The translations under genes were made by a program, and so were the position numbers. From assembly GCA_951406725.2 (NCBI GenBank), contig OX597820.1, forward strand, positions 42,532,001-42,596,000: 64,000 nt of DNA. Reading direction: 5' to 3'. The DNA is from Octopus vulgaris. Its lineage: Eukaryota. Positions 13,478 to 28,115 of this stretch are shown in pieces (position 1 is the first letter of the stretch; each line of letters opens with the position of its first letter). The notes under the pieces are model-generated. The model was not told where the DNA came from. It worked only from the letters and a program-made list of their open reading frames with translations, and ran no database searches.

Positions 13478-14411
13478 ATGTAACAAAAGCAAAGTTTGAA
13501 GGAATATTAACCACTTTTCATACTTTCTAGGGATAAGCAAATAGGAAATAACAATTGCTACCCAACGACAATAATCGTGTTACACAATGCTATTTAACAC
13601 ACGATTTTTCTTTACCATTAACAAGATTCTCTTGACTCGATATCTATCCTGCTCTTATTATTTCGATTGGATATTTATTTGATCTGCGACTGACTCGTCT
13701 CTCGCTTTGCATTGCTAATACTCCAATCATTACCTTTGTTTATTACTGTTAGTAAGTTATCTCATTTCTTATTATATATTTTTAAGGAAGCGATTTCTTT
13801 CCTTTCAATACTTTTAGTTATTGCCTCGCAATAACAGTTAACGTCGCCACGAGCTATGATCAAAAAGGAAGTACATATATTTTTTGATATATTTTATATT
13901 TTATCTGGTGAAAAATGAAGAGCATTGTTACTTATATTTTATGAACGAACCAATTACATGTTCACTGTAGTAAGGATATCATGACGAGGAATCTATTATG
14001 CAACACGGGTGGGACAAACACCACTGGTTCTGTGAGAAAGCACCATGATACACCTACACAAACAGGTGCATTCTAAACACACACACACAGAAACACACAC
14101 ACACACACAGACACACACATACACACACGCACACAGATATACAAGTATATACAGAATTAGCAATGACTAGGAAACTTCTTCATTATACTAATGGTATTGA
14201 TATCTCCTAGTATATAAGATTCACTGTATGTGTTTTAAAATTAATAAGTTTGATTTTTGACATGACAAAAAATGTGCACAAGCGTAGACATTTAAAAAAA
14301 ATAAGGGTTATGATATGCATGCATACATACAAGTGCAGAAATGTATTCATAATGCATAGATATACACACATACAAATATACATGCATGTCAATAGAAGGT
14401 GGTAGGGATTC

Positions 14412-14823
14412 GCCTTCCTGCTCGCAATATATCGGATGCAGGTATGCATCGTTAACCAGTTAAAGTAGATGTCCTCTCGGGGTTAAAAAAATCGCAGTAA
14501 AGTCCGTCCGAATTGAACAGCCATGTTGAAGTGGCTGTGAACATTACTTCCTAATACAACTACTGCTTTCATCTGTTAGAGATATTTTAGAACTAGCTTT
14601 TTTGCTTGTAAAATCAGCGAGTGTGAGTAGGGGTTAACTCCCCTGCTCGCAATATATCGGATGCAGGTATGCATCGTTAACCAGCTGGGGGTTAAAAAAT
14701 TACAAATTGCAGTAAAGTCCGTTCGAACGGAACAGCCAAGTTGAAATGTCTACGAACATTATTTGCTAGTATACCTATTGCGTTCATCTGTTAGGGAGAT
14801 TGTAGAACTAACAATTTTGCTTA
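14412..14823. mobile_element. Head-to-tail dimer of a ~220-bp piggyBac-like MITE
   Basis: Two diverged copies start cctgctcgcaatatatcggatgcaggtatgcatcgttaaccag; junction gtgagtagggg-TTAA-ctcccctgctcgc shows inverted termini around TTAA (14634-14637). Confidence 0.6.
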
Positions 14824-15868
14824 TATATGTATATACAAATTGTATACACGCCACTTACATGGTATATGCATTCGTAGAAATTATCATCCGCACGTGACAG
14901 AAATATTACCGGCAGCTAACGAATCCGTTGCACATGTCTGTAGCTCATAGCATTCCACAACCTGGTTGAAAATAGGTAGTGGAATATTCATATAAGTGTA
15001 ATATTGAATTGTGGCCTATTGTCCTGCAGTGCTCAATACCGTTTCATTCTAATCCGTAAGGAAAAATTGCTGCATTAAATTTGCACCCTATCCTTGGGGA
15101 TAACTGTCTATCATCTGCTTGCTCAACCATATATAAATACGTGATAAGAACCGGCCAAATGGAAATGCAAGATAATAAAACATGATGTAATAGCGTGTGA
15201 TATATTATCACATAATCTCTTACGATATAAATATATATATGTTTGTACTTGTATACTTAAACATAGAGGTATACACGTGTATAATGGTGCGTGTATGTAT
15301 ATGGATATGTGTATGCGTGCGTGCGTGCGTGTGTGTATGGGTGCAGAAAGAGCGAGAGGGAGAGAAAGAAAGAATCATATTCCATTATATATAATATATG
15401 CCTAGATATTTCGATATATTGAATGTCTGTACGTTGACGCATGTGTTTGCGTACGTATAGATGCGTGTGTATGCAAGCATTCGTATACAATCTACGTTAA
15501 TTTCGAATATAAAAATGTCTCAGCTTAAAATTTCATTAAGTAATGGGAGAAGCTCATGACAAGTCTAAAACAAAACTATTCTGGGTGTGGGTGTTGAATT
15601 ATCACTTAAAACGACAGTTTCATTTTCGTTACGCGTCGAGCAGTATTTAGAAAGCAAACACCATATAACCCCATTTTCTAAATGCCACTAACTCAATAAT
15701 AGGTATGAAATCATACATCTATTTCTTAGTAATGCACTCCTACACTCTTTCAAGTAGAATGGCACGCGGTCACTTGCACGAACAAATATATACACACGCC
15801 ACGCATGCACAAACACACGTACAAATATGCCCAGATACACATTCACTTCAGTCATACACACTCATGGA

Positions 15869-15994
15869 TACGAGGTAGTATCAACTAGTCATATTTAATT
15901 AAAAGAAATAATAACTTATTTACTTAAGTTTTAACAGTATTCGTCAAAATAGTCACCTTGCAAAGCAATGCACTGGTCCCAGCGTTTCTAGAAC
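15869..15994 (-). mobile_element. mariner 3' end fragment
   Basis: Minus strand KRWDQCIALQGDYFDEY (mariner C-terminal RW.KC...GDYF motif); TIR-like ta-cgaggtagtatcaa. Confidence 0.7.
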
Positions 15995-16401
15995 AAGTAT
16001 CTAATAATAATTCTGCTTGTCGTTGCGTTACTTAGCGCATGGCTAACGCTTTCATGTGGTTATAGAAAAAGAGGGAGAAAGAAAAGAGGGAGAGAGAAGC
16101 GACCATGACGTGAGGTAGAGGGAGCGTAATTGTAACGCTTTCACCTGATTAGTTGAAGGGAAAAGGTGAACAAGAGAAAGAAAAAGGAAAGAGAAAAGAG
16201 GATAAAGGGAAGAGTGAAGCAGAAAAAGGGAGAAAGAAGAAGTGAGAGAGAGAATACGGAGAGAGAAGCGTCCATGACATGTGGTAGCGGGAACGTAATA
16301 AATATTACGTGGTTAAAAAAGTTAGTTGAAGGTAGTGATATAGATGACTTTCAGGAATATAATTTTAGCAGAGGGGTGATGTTCTGATGGTGATATTAAA
16401 G

Positions 16402-16453
<52 letters not shown>

Positions 16454-16529
16454 GGTGGTGGTGGTGGTGATGGTGGAGGTGGCGATGGTGAATGCATAGT
16501 GAAAAGTAATTTGTTTTTAACTGAATTAA

Positions 16530-17300
16530 GTTTTTTTCATATCACCTATTACTTAACGCAGGCGCATCCCAAACTTGCCATTCGTTTTAGAAATAAACCA
16601 TTTTCCCGTTCGTCTGCCATATGCAATGCCTTTCAATAAATCTCAGGCAGATGCTAGATTAAGTGGGGCCGTTCTTTCCTGAGCCTGTTTTCGACCATGG
16701 TCAGTTATATGTTGCATTTTCAACAACTCACAAATTATCTGATGATGTGAGAGTTAAAGTTATCAACACTGACAAAGAAAGGAAAATAAGAGGGAGAACT
16801 TACACGAAGAACATAGTCTGCAAATAAGTATTGGATTGAAAGGTGTACGTAAATTGAAATATATATTGGCTCTAACCCATCGCCTTGGCTTATAAGTTAT
16901 CAATGATGTGGTTTTCAGAGTTTGCCATTTTGCAATAAATTTTTACCCTAGTGAAATTGTCACCACTTTATTTTACATATAAAATAATCTTTTTTACTAC
17001 AATTTTTTTTGTTTTCTAAATATGAAATTTTAAAATGTAATTTTATTTGTTTATGTGAATATCTATTTTATGAGTGCTGTGTATTAAGTCTGTAAAATTT
17101 TGCGTAAACTACAGAAAGTAAAGTTCATTAAGTAAGCATCGATTCTAGTTTCCTTCACTTTTCAATGAATTGCAGATGAGCGACTATCTTTTGATAAAGA
17201 CACAACACAGGCTACTCTTTCAGGTTTTTTGGATAAACTTTTAAGGAATAACCCAATAGGTTTACTATTAATTCCGTGAAATATTCACAGGTCCCGCTAG
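16530..17300 (+). mobile_element. Helitron 3' portion (decayed PIF1-type helicase C-terminus and 3' terminus)
   Basis: FPVRLPYAMPFNKSQ, EPVFDHGQLYVAFS, TYTKNIVCK*VL; terminal hairpin ccgtgaa-atat-tcacagg followed by CTAG (17297-17300) and T. Confidence 0.85.
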
Positions 17301-17497
17301 TAAAAAGGATATTCTATTACAGTCAAACATATACACAATCATGCACGAGCAGGAGCACAAACCCTCTCTATCTCTATCTCTATCTATTATAATTTTGCGT
17401 ATGAGTATTGTTTGTTTTTGCAATGAGTAAATTGTTGCCATTTTATATTTTTAATTTCACACATGTGCATTGTGTGTTTTGGATTTTATCGACGGCA

Positions 17498-17817
17498 CAC
17501 TGCAAACCCCTTGATTATTATGTGTGGGGCGCAGTTGAGCGAGAGGGCAATAAAACTAATTGTAATACTAAATATGGACTGAATTCAAGGATTATGGCGC
17601 AGCATTCACCAACTCAAACAAGGAGATTGTCCAGAAGAGTTGCAGGAGATTCTGAGGCCCAGGTTTAAACCAATGGCGATTTGACTGAATGAATTTAATT
17701 TTAGTATTTCAAGGTAATTTTATGCAATTTTGGTAAATATATATGTCAAAATGAGTTCGTCAGTGTTATTTTCCTTTTTGCGTAATTTAGACGACAATAT
17801 ATATATCGGACACTGTA
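17498..17817 (+). mobile_element. Tc1/mariner (maT/DD37D-like) transposase 3' fragment with right end
   Basis: CKPLDYYVWGAVEREGNKTNCNTK (SPDLNPLDY..W motif), frameshifted AFTNSNKEIVQKSCRRF; ends cggacactg-TA. Confidence 0.8.
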
Positions 17818-18469
17818 TATATATAGCTTAAGAACACACAATTAATAGATGTTGCAATCGTTTGATCATGTACAAATGTACAATTTAATGTTGTTTCTCA
17901 TCCTTGTTCTTGGACTAGATACCACATTTTGATTCTATTGACATATTGTTTTTAAGAATGAACGCGAAAATACTCCCCCCACCCAAAAAAAAATCAAGTT
18001 AAACAAATAGAAACAAAAATTGCGATGATCAAACTTCTCCAGAATTTTCCATTTGTTTATCTCAAATTCTATTTCTCCCAGATATTCTTTCATTCCTTAT
18101 GAATTGAATAAGTTTTGAATGGCGTGGGAAGAAATGTCTCATAAATTGTAGAATAGCACGACGGACCAGTGGATATAACAAACGACTGACTGACTTAGTA
18201 GCAGGATTTATCGTTGGAACTGAGCTCATAATAACTTACCCAGACAGAAATGGCCGAAACAAATCACTGAACGCATCGATGATCTGTTCGATAGATTAGT
18301 GACTGTTAAGATGACTTGTTAGAAAATCACACATAGATTATGAACTGGTGCGGTTTGAAAATATATTATGTTTGAAAATAGGATGAAAACATAAAATATA
18401 GCTTGGTTTGAAAAGTATAGAAATTGGGCTGAGGGAAGAAACATCAAATGAAAATCACGAAGAAACGAT

Positions 18470-18535
18470 CGGTTGTTGCTTAGCCCCAGGTCAGCCCTGT
18501 TTCGAGCGTACATATGATCAAAGGCGTTCTAGTTC
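18470..18535. repeat. Fragment of interspersed repeat family D
   Basis: gttgttgcttagccccaggtcagccctg..tatgatcaaaggc resembles 45670-45852; an older copy on the opposite strand lies near 42945-43078. Confidence 0.55.
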
Positions 18536-19023
18536 AGTGTTTATATAGATATATGTGTGTGAGTGTGTGTGTGTGTGTGTGTTTATGTGAGTGTCTGTGT
18601 GTGTGTGCATGCACTTATGAGGTATATGAATGTACATATGCATGTATGTATGTATATATATATATATGTATACATACATACATGCATATGTACATTAATA
18701 GATCTCATAAGTGTATATATATATGTATGCGCATATTCGCATATACATATTAGGTTTATGTACATCTTTTACGAGATTTCTGATGTTAAATCCTGTGTTG
18801 AAACTAATATTTCTATATTTGGGGATTGTCATATATACATACATATATAGATACATACATATATGTGTGTGTGTGTGTGCGTGTTTATGCGAGTGTCTGT
18901 GTGTGTCTGTGTGTGTGTGTGCGCATACACTTATGAGGTATATGAAAGTACATATGCATGTATGTATGTGTGTATGTATGTATGTATATATATATATATA
19001 TATATATATACATACATACATGC

Positions 19024-19081
<58 letters not shown>

Positions 19082-19829
19082 TTATAGCTGTTTGATTTAT
19101 CTCCATTCAACTCAGTTTTGTGGGCTTATAAGAGTGGCCCTAACTCGTCAGGCATCTAGAAAATAACATAATCTGAGACAAATTCAAGATAGCTTCTATT
19201 TGTTAGACATCTATTGATCAACTTAGGTCACGTGGTGCTATTGTTCTCAAAGATTGATCAGTAATTTTCTTGGATCTTAGACCCACATAGTTGGACAGGA
19301 TGTGGACATGTGGGTTTCGCCACTACGTCTGCGAGCTTTGGTATGCTGAACTTGACAATATCAGTTCTTTGCTTTTGATGGAGAGCGCTATGTTGTCGTG
19401 GACAGCTGTCTTTCCGTGGAAGCAAATGCGTTTGGTGGTGCGGGATTAAAATTTGGTGGTACTAGTTTCGAATGCTGAGTATGGATGGAGCAGTCCTTGT
19501 GCATAGAGAAGCCACCCTTTTTTGTATAGAGTAGCCAAACTTAAGTTGATATATCTAGATCCTCAGATGTCATCTATATAGCCTCTCTCCCATCATCCGT
19601 GCATGTGACCCAATGTCTTCTAGTGAAAGTACTCACAACATATGCACTCCATGAAGCAATGGAAACAACAACTTTAATTTGCTGATTAAAAAGCATGTGC
19701 CAATCGGGTATATTTGGTAAGCGCGCGTGCACACACATGATCACAAACACAAAGAATATATATATATATATCGATTTTGAATTTGGTTTGCCAGATTCTT
19801 TATGTGTGTTCGTGAGTTGAAGCATATTC

Positions 19830-21075
19830 TGCTGTGTCTGGGGTGAATCATTCTCTTTTAGTGCCTCACATTTTAACTCACTCACCGGTAAAATTTCGAC
19901 TCCTTTACTTATTTATTTTTCTAAAATTTTCGTTGCGTCTTGCGTCCTTTTCAATAGTTGTTGACTGTCCGTTATCCTACCTGCGTTCTTTTCTGGGGGT
20001 ATGTATGTATGTATGTATGTATGTAGGATAAGCCCTGGCATTAACTGTAGAACTATAAATGTACTCTACAGCATGATCCATAGAAAGTGCTTGTAAAGAC
20101 ATGAACATGAAATACATAGGGGAGACATATAGGAGCATTGCGGAAAGATTAAATGAACACTTTAGGCAATAAGACGACAAACAACAGTCCTCCATTATCT
20201 ACCAGAATGACAAGGACCAACATGTAGGCAACCTGGGTCAACTTGACATTCGCATTTTATCCCAGGACCCAAAGGACGAGGAGTACATCCTCATAAATGA
20301 AACATCCCCAGTACTAAATAGGAAATGTACGTAGTAGGTAATCATATTCCCCATAACCACAGTTTATATTTATGTACAGGTAAAATAGTTTGTGAGCTAT
20401 GTTGTAGATGTATGTTTGTGTGTGTATGTATGTATATGTATATGCACATGTATGTAGGCAAATGGATATGAAAGTAAACAGGTAGACATACAGACGGAGA
20501 GGTACGTAGGTAATATGAACAGACAAGCACACATACACTCACACATACGCAAGTGAAGACTGAAACACATGACCATATACAAACACACTTCACTTCACTC
20601 TTGGACACATATGGAGACACACATCCACACATATGGAGATATACATTTATCCATATAGACACACTACATAACCACAACGCTTCACTCACACACCCAGACA
20701 TGCACACACAAGGAGACAGAGGTACACACACGCATGCAAACACACACACACATGCAAACACACACACACAAACACGGACAAACAAGAGCACAAATACATG
20801 AATATGCAGAAAACATACATACAAACGTACACACACACATACATATATACATACGCTCACACATACATAAACACACTTATATGCATACATGCATACATGC
20901 ATACATACAGCAGAATGTTTCATTAGATGTTGACTCTGTCCATTATACAAGCTGCGTTCTTTTCGTTGCAAGACGCAAAGAAAATTTTAGAAAAATAAGT
21001 AAATGAGTGAATATTTTAACGGTGTGTGTGTTAAAATATAAGGCAATAAAAGCCAATGACTCTCTCCAGACCCTA
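19830..21075 (+). mobile_element. Penelope-like element relic: GIY-YIG fragment between inverted terminal repeats
   Basis: ~20110-20326 reads KYIGETYRSIAERLNEHFRQ*DDKQQSSIIYQ...LDIRILSQDPKD...LINETSPVLNRK; 19836-19945 is inverted at 20965-21072. Confidence 0.75.
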
Positions 21076-21077
21076 AA

Positions 21078-21113
<36 letters not shown>

Positions 21114-21122
21114 TATTATTAT

Positions 21123-21256
21123 ATGTAGAAATATACAAACTGGGACAAGAACGCAAAACACTTAGAAGACGATACAAAAAACACGGACGGGACATTCGAA
21201 GCCCTCAATCTTCAGTCAAGAACCGGATCATCGTAGAAATTTCGGCTGATTAATCT
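21123..21256 (-). mobile_element. Probable Penelope-like terminal fragment
   Basis: Short unique block between (TA)n tracts; minus strand gactgaagattgagggcttcgaatgtc is hammerhead-core-like. Confidence 0.4.
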
Positions 21257-21297
21257 ATGTATGTATGTATATATATTTATATATATATATGAATATT

Positions 21298-21775
21298 GCT
21301 GGACCGCTAAGTAACAGGGACGTAAATATATCGACACCTGTTGTCAGGCGTTGGTGGGGAACAAACACAGACACAACGACACACAAATACGCACACGCAC
21401 ATAGATATAAATATATACACATACGCATATACACACACACACAATAGATATGAACTTACTTGTTAATACATGTTAAACGTGTGTTGCGTTCCATTACTTA
21501 ATAAATGAAAAAAATGTATGGTTAATAAATAAACGACATAACGTATAGTGAATATAAAAGCGAACAGGAGACAGCCAGAAAGTTCGTCATTCTTCATCAG
21601 TTATCGACCGATTGGTAATATTCAGTTTCGCACCTTTAACAGTACGTCTGAGCATTTCCCCAAAAGTTTTCCTGCAAGGATTTTGCTTAGCACGAGGCTA
21701 TAGCAGATGACATAAGCAGTGGTACTGAACCGGGAACTTAGGATGTAACTACTTTCCTTACAGCCACGCTTGCGA
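21298..21775 (-). mobile_element. Degenerate, interrupted family B SINE
   Basis: accgctaagtaacagggacgtaaa..aacaaacacagacaca and gaggctatagcag..cagtggtactgaaccgggaac match 28365-28783. Confidence 0.7.
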
Positions 21776-22559
21776 TCTATATACGAACAAACCACCAGAT
21801 AACAAGGAAAGTAGTTGCATATAATTATGTATATCGGACTTTTTATATACGTAGAACGTTTATTCTCAGTTGTTCGTCCTCACTTTTCTGAATGATTAGC
21901 AGTAATCAGAGGGAAATTTTTCTTCCATTTATGTTCTACCGAATTCCTGAGCCAGGAATAGATTTTCATTCGCATTCAAATTCATACGAGTTTATAATAG
22001 ATGTCTCTGAAAGCAAAATGAAACAGAAAACATGAAATAGTGGATGAAAAGTGAGGAGAAAAGAAAAAAAGTAAAAGATAAACGGATTTTTCATGTCTTA
22101 AACAAAACGATATTTATATATTTGATGCAGGCTGAGAAATATCTATCTCATCCTCGTGCATGGAAGTTACCCAGCTCTGGAGAAAAGCCTGCATGACTGG
22201 TTTCAATAACTAAATTAATAAGAATTAGTGAGACAAAATCTTGACATGTACGAGGTCATTATTCTATGTCTATTTTAAACACTATAAGTTGTTTATAACA
22301 CTAATAGGAAACTACTACTACTACTACTACTGCTACTACTACTACTACTACTACAAAAGCAACTCACCCTATTATGTTCCCACGTTTATAATATTTGCTT
22401 AGAATTAAATATCTTGTGTATAGATAGATTTAATATGTAAATATTATATCATCAACTTGATACAATAAATGAAGTGCTGCTAATTAATTCCTACAAATAA
22501 ACAAATTAAAACTCTTTCTTAATTTCTGCACGCACACACATACATACACACACCCACTC

Positions 22560-22700
22560 ACACAAGTATTTTAATATATAGATTCGTGTCGTTGTGTGTG
22601 CATATATATATATATATAATTATATATACATGCATCTATATAAATATGTATATATTTATATATATATATAAATATATATGAATATAAGAATATATATACA

Positions 22701-22732
<32 letters not shown>

Positions 22733-23105
22733 ATATATATATATATATATAATATATATATATAATATATATGAATATAAGAATATATATATACATATAT
22801 ATACATACCTAAGCACACATATATACATATAAATACATACGTACGTACACGCGTACATAAACACATACACATGCATATTTATGAAGATTTCGAATTTGCA
22901 TAAGTTTGTATGAATATATATGCATATATATTCGCATATGTATATATATATATATATGTAGATATATATATATATATGAATACATATTATATTATATACG
23001 TACACAAATAGAATAAACGAGGATTTAATGTATATTTGAGTATTGTGATGTCCAGACAGTTTACATAATTTTCTAAATGTTATTTCAAGTTATATACACA
23101 CACAC

Positions 23106-23175
<70 letters not shown>
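22560..23175. repeat. (TA)n-rich field and (CA)n
   Basis: Visible runs. Confidence 0.95.
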
Positions 23176-23176
<1 letters not shown>

Positions 23177-24985
23177 ACTATAAAATAAAGCTGGCAGAGA
23201 CCGCGTGGTGTAGGAGAGAGACGCAGATAGAATGACAGGCAGAAATATAAGAGAAGAGAAATGTAGAGGTTAGAAGGGAATATTTGTATATCAGTGGGCG
23301 AGTGTGAGAATGAATAAGTAAATATTATTCAGTCCTATGAGAATGTTTATTATGTAGTGTACATTATATTTAGCGAAGGTTAATGTATAATAAAACTACT
23401 TTTTAAATATTACTACATAACGTTTTGAAATTTTGTACATACATACATAAATACATACATACATACATACATACATAATACATACATACATACATACAAT
23501 CATATATGCGAACATATATTCTTGCATAGATATATCTACATGCACATATTCATAACATACAAAGATGGCGTCCTCAGTAACAAACGTGCAAGCATAGAGG
23601 AAAATTCAAAATGTGCGTTAGAACGTTTTATTCTTCTATGATGCTGACTTAACCCAGACTAGATCCTACCTGACATTTTCTGATACTTTATTCAAAAGTT
23701 TATCTTTGCTCAAACCAGAAGAACGAGAAATATTTTAAACTAAGTTCGATTACACGTCGGTAAACATGGTTTACATCGGCATACTAGCAACATCAAAACC
23801 ACTTACAAATATGCAAACTATCTAAGAACGCATAATCATTCAGCTAAATTCAGTCGAATTTAAAATTGAGATAGGAATTATTCGCTGTTGCCAAAAGTTC
23901 TCAGAACAACAGGTAATCAGGAAAATACAAGGTGCAATAAATTAATCGGACGAAATCCACCGAAATGAGAAATACTCTATAGCTAACGGACATCAACAAA
24001 AGGCAAACTGAGCTACACTAAATATAACTGTCACAGGTAGCAATCCCAGATCAGGTTCTGTAATAACGGCCCATCTTCTGAAGATTTCATAGACGACTTT
24101 TAAAAGTGCACAATATTGATTCCATCACATGAAATTGTAATTCGTTGTTCATATACTGCTATTTAAACGCAAACCAACAAAGATGTGAGGTGAACATCCT
24201 CAACGAAATATAGTTTGTAATTATAGTTTAAGGAGAATTTTTCAAAATTCTTGGAAGTGTCTGTACAAAACGGATTTTTAAGGGTTTTGGAAATAAAAAC
24301 TACTCTGATGTTAAATGACATACAAAATATCACTATAAAACATATGAACTTTAGTGCTAACACGCTTTTGACTACCTATGCCTCACTTATAAAGTTGGAA
24401 GATATATGCAGTACACGGGATGCTGATATAGAAACAGGCAGCTTAAGCGGATAAGCTGAATGTGTTGCAGTGAAGATTCGGACATCAAAACACTATTATT
24501 AGGTTAACATTTAACCTCAGTTTCGCCACAAATCATCATTTCTTGAAAATAACCTAATAAAATATGTAGAGATACCATTGTCTTAATCCCGTTAGGAAAA
24601 GAAATATTTATGTATTATATGGTATAAGCTGAGTATTTCAGAAAAGCGTTATTGAAAACAAAATCCCCAAACAGCCGAAAATTTATCTCTAACACGTAGC
24701 ATGTAACATAGGGTTTAAAAAAGAACAGAACGATATTCTAAAGGTAGAAAAAAGACACAGAGTCTTTTTCAGAAATAGTTTACCCCGCTGTAGATCTGAA
24801 CTAAGAAGAATAACTTTAACGTTAGTATACCAAGTCTAGATTCAGCCGGTAGGACACACTGAACTGGCACGAGGTTTTGAATACATTTCATAGGTTTACA
24901 GCTACATAAAAAAATATTTAGCTGTAATAAGTATGCTTGAGTTTGCTTGTCGAAATCTGTGGTCATGTTAGTAACAGCAAACTTG

Positions 24986-25780
<795 letters not shown>

Positions 25781-27944
25781 GTGCATTGGTACTTACAAGA
25801 AACGAAACCACTATTTATATGTGCATCTATTTCTATATTTAAAGATAATCGAGTCTAAAAGCACATTTGTGTATATGTTTGGAATATTACGAATAGCAAG
25901 TGATGATCTTTCATGTTTGATGCAAAATGAAATAGAAGGCGGAGGGGGACGAACAGAAAGAATGTTTTGTACGTTTATACCCAAAATAGTCTTCGCATTC
26001 AAAACTCTTAAGAAAAGTTTATCTCAAATGTGTACTGCTTTGATTTGACCTCATCCTCAGCCTTTCCTCCACGTTTTCACTGGTACGACGGAGCATATAT
26101 GCATGCATATGCATAAGATATATATATATATATATATATATGCAAGAAATAAAAAAAAGGAAGCTGGAAGGTATTTCTTCCTTGCAAGCCGACACCGACA
26201 GAAAGAATCAAAATCCATAATCTTGCCAAATGATTGGTAGATGGTGGGGAGCCGATTAGAAATTTACAACAAAACGGAAATACGGCCAACTGTCGTTGCC
26301 TTGTTAACTTTATCATCCATTGACCGTGGGCATCTCTGGGGAATCTTTTCCAGAACGGAAATGTCTCATCCCTTTGTATCATTCAGCCAAACTTTAGCAA
26401 TTTGGGTTAGCCCTGCTATGATCTTCTATCATTGTTCTTCCAATTTTCTGCAGTTTCCATCTTCTAATTGTTAATAGAGATTAACCCCGTGATAGGGAAG
26501 AGAAGCGAAGACGGAAAGAAAAGAAAGACAGAAAGAAAGGAGTAATGAGAAAGTAAAAGTAACTGAAAGAGACGGAGAAAATGGGGGAAAGAAAAGAAAA
26601 ATAGAGGAAATTAGATTGAGAGAATGAGACCTACATGCCTAATATGTCCGCTACACACACACCAACTCTCACACACACGCACACACAATACACACGCACG
26701 AACACACACACACAAACACGACACGCATACACACACACAAACACGACACACATACACACACACACACACACACAAACACGACACGCATGACACACAAACA
26801 CAGGCATATACACACAGCTGTACACACACATATAAACGCAAACATGCATTTGCACAGCTCCATACATCTCCGCCACAATATGTCACGTGACTTGCTCTCT
26901 TTTATGAGTCGACTATTCTGAATAAGAAGAGCACCGCTGACACAGGTGCAATAAATGAGAAAACTACAAGAATCGAAGCGTTAATTTGGGAATTAGGGGG
27001 CAAGTATTTCTTAGTCCCCTGCACAAAATGTTAACACTTAAATTAGAGATATAAAATGGAAGCTTTAAAGAGGAATTTCATAACTGACTGCAGTCGCGAA
27101 ACCATACTAAAACGGTATTAAATATTCTCAATGGAATGGTCGTGACAATTAAACCATGTAAAAAGAACGTTCGTATTGTCTAGCATCATGACAAATACTT
27201 GGTGACTGAGACTGTGCTCTCTTCTTTTACAGTCGAAATATCTCTTATCGCGGTACTTTTGTCTCGTGATTGGGAAATAAATATAATTAGAAGGTAATAT
27301 TGCTGACTTTATGAGGAGGAATACTGTACTAAAATAATAGTAAAGCCAAAAATATTCAGAATATAAAAGTAATAAGAGGAGATAATAATATAATTATCTA
27401 AGCATTCACAACCAGTAAACATCAAAAAATTAGAGTTCAAATTACATTTTTCTTCAAATTTTCATTTCATTTTCTGTTGTAGAGGCATCGACAAAGTCCA
27501 CTGGAACGATAATATCGTTCATCATCGTGGAATTTTCTTTGTCGACATAAGACATAAGATGAGTTTGTAGTAGGAGGTGTTTTCCTAATAAGTGAAACAT
27601 TGAATTAACTGTCAGAAACCAAGGTTAACACGTAGAATCAAGGTTAAACGATCGACACAATTTGTATTTTAGATCTGAGAGTCAATGCAAGAATGATTTA
27701 TATCTTGAATAAATTCATAGAATGATGTGAAACTAGCACCACAACAGAATGAAAAACTGATTTATTTTTTGCTCATCCATAAGTAGTTGGATGATTTGTT
27801 TAATTATTCTACGTGATCAATTAAAATCTATCTCTGGCTTATTGATCCTCACACCGTGACGGGGCAATAACATGTTCAACAAGATATGTTCTGGTGTTCT
27901 GATGATGGTTTTTTTTTTTTTTATCTGATTAAGCAACTTGCTAC

Positions 27945-28115
27945 TCTGTTGTGTCTGGTGAGAATCATATTCTTTTTGTGTCTTATAATATAACACACTC
28001 ACCGGTAAAATTTCCACTTATTTCTTATTTTTATTTTCCTAAAATTTTCGTTGCGTCTTGCAACCTTTTCAATAGTTTTGACTCTGTCCGTTATTTACAC
28101 TGCGTTCCCTTTTGT
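27945..28115 (+). mobile_element. Solo copy of the Penelope-associated terminal repeat
   Basis: tgtgtctgg..cactcaccggtaaaattt..ctaaaattttcgttgcgtcttgc..ccttttcaatagtt matches 19833-19990. Confidence 0.75.

Noticed and set aside
14412-14823. CRISPR-like repeat
   Set aside because: Only two units, the intervening sequences are homologous to each other, the context is eukaryotic and there are no cas genes.
18235-18310. Minus-strand exon-like IIDAFSDLFRPFLSG with GTAAGT donor, faintly like IP3R/RyR IIDAF motifs
   Set aside because: Too short, weak acceptor, and no neighbouring exons of such a gene.
19090-19720. Possible RTE APE endonuclease start (VSIASWS...) on minus
   Set aside because: Too degraded; catalytic motifs could not be recovered.
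22130-22210. GSYPALEKSLHDWFQ, reminiscent of a CENP-B/Tigger helix-turn-helix
   Set aside because: About 15 residues followed by a stop, with no other pogo motifs nearby.
23600-24800. Possible ancient Penelope RT relic (similar hints at 250-620 and 32700-33080)
   Set aside because: Only vague motif echoes; needs an HMM search to support.
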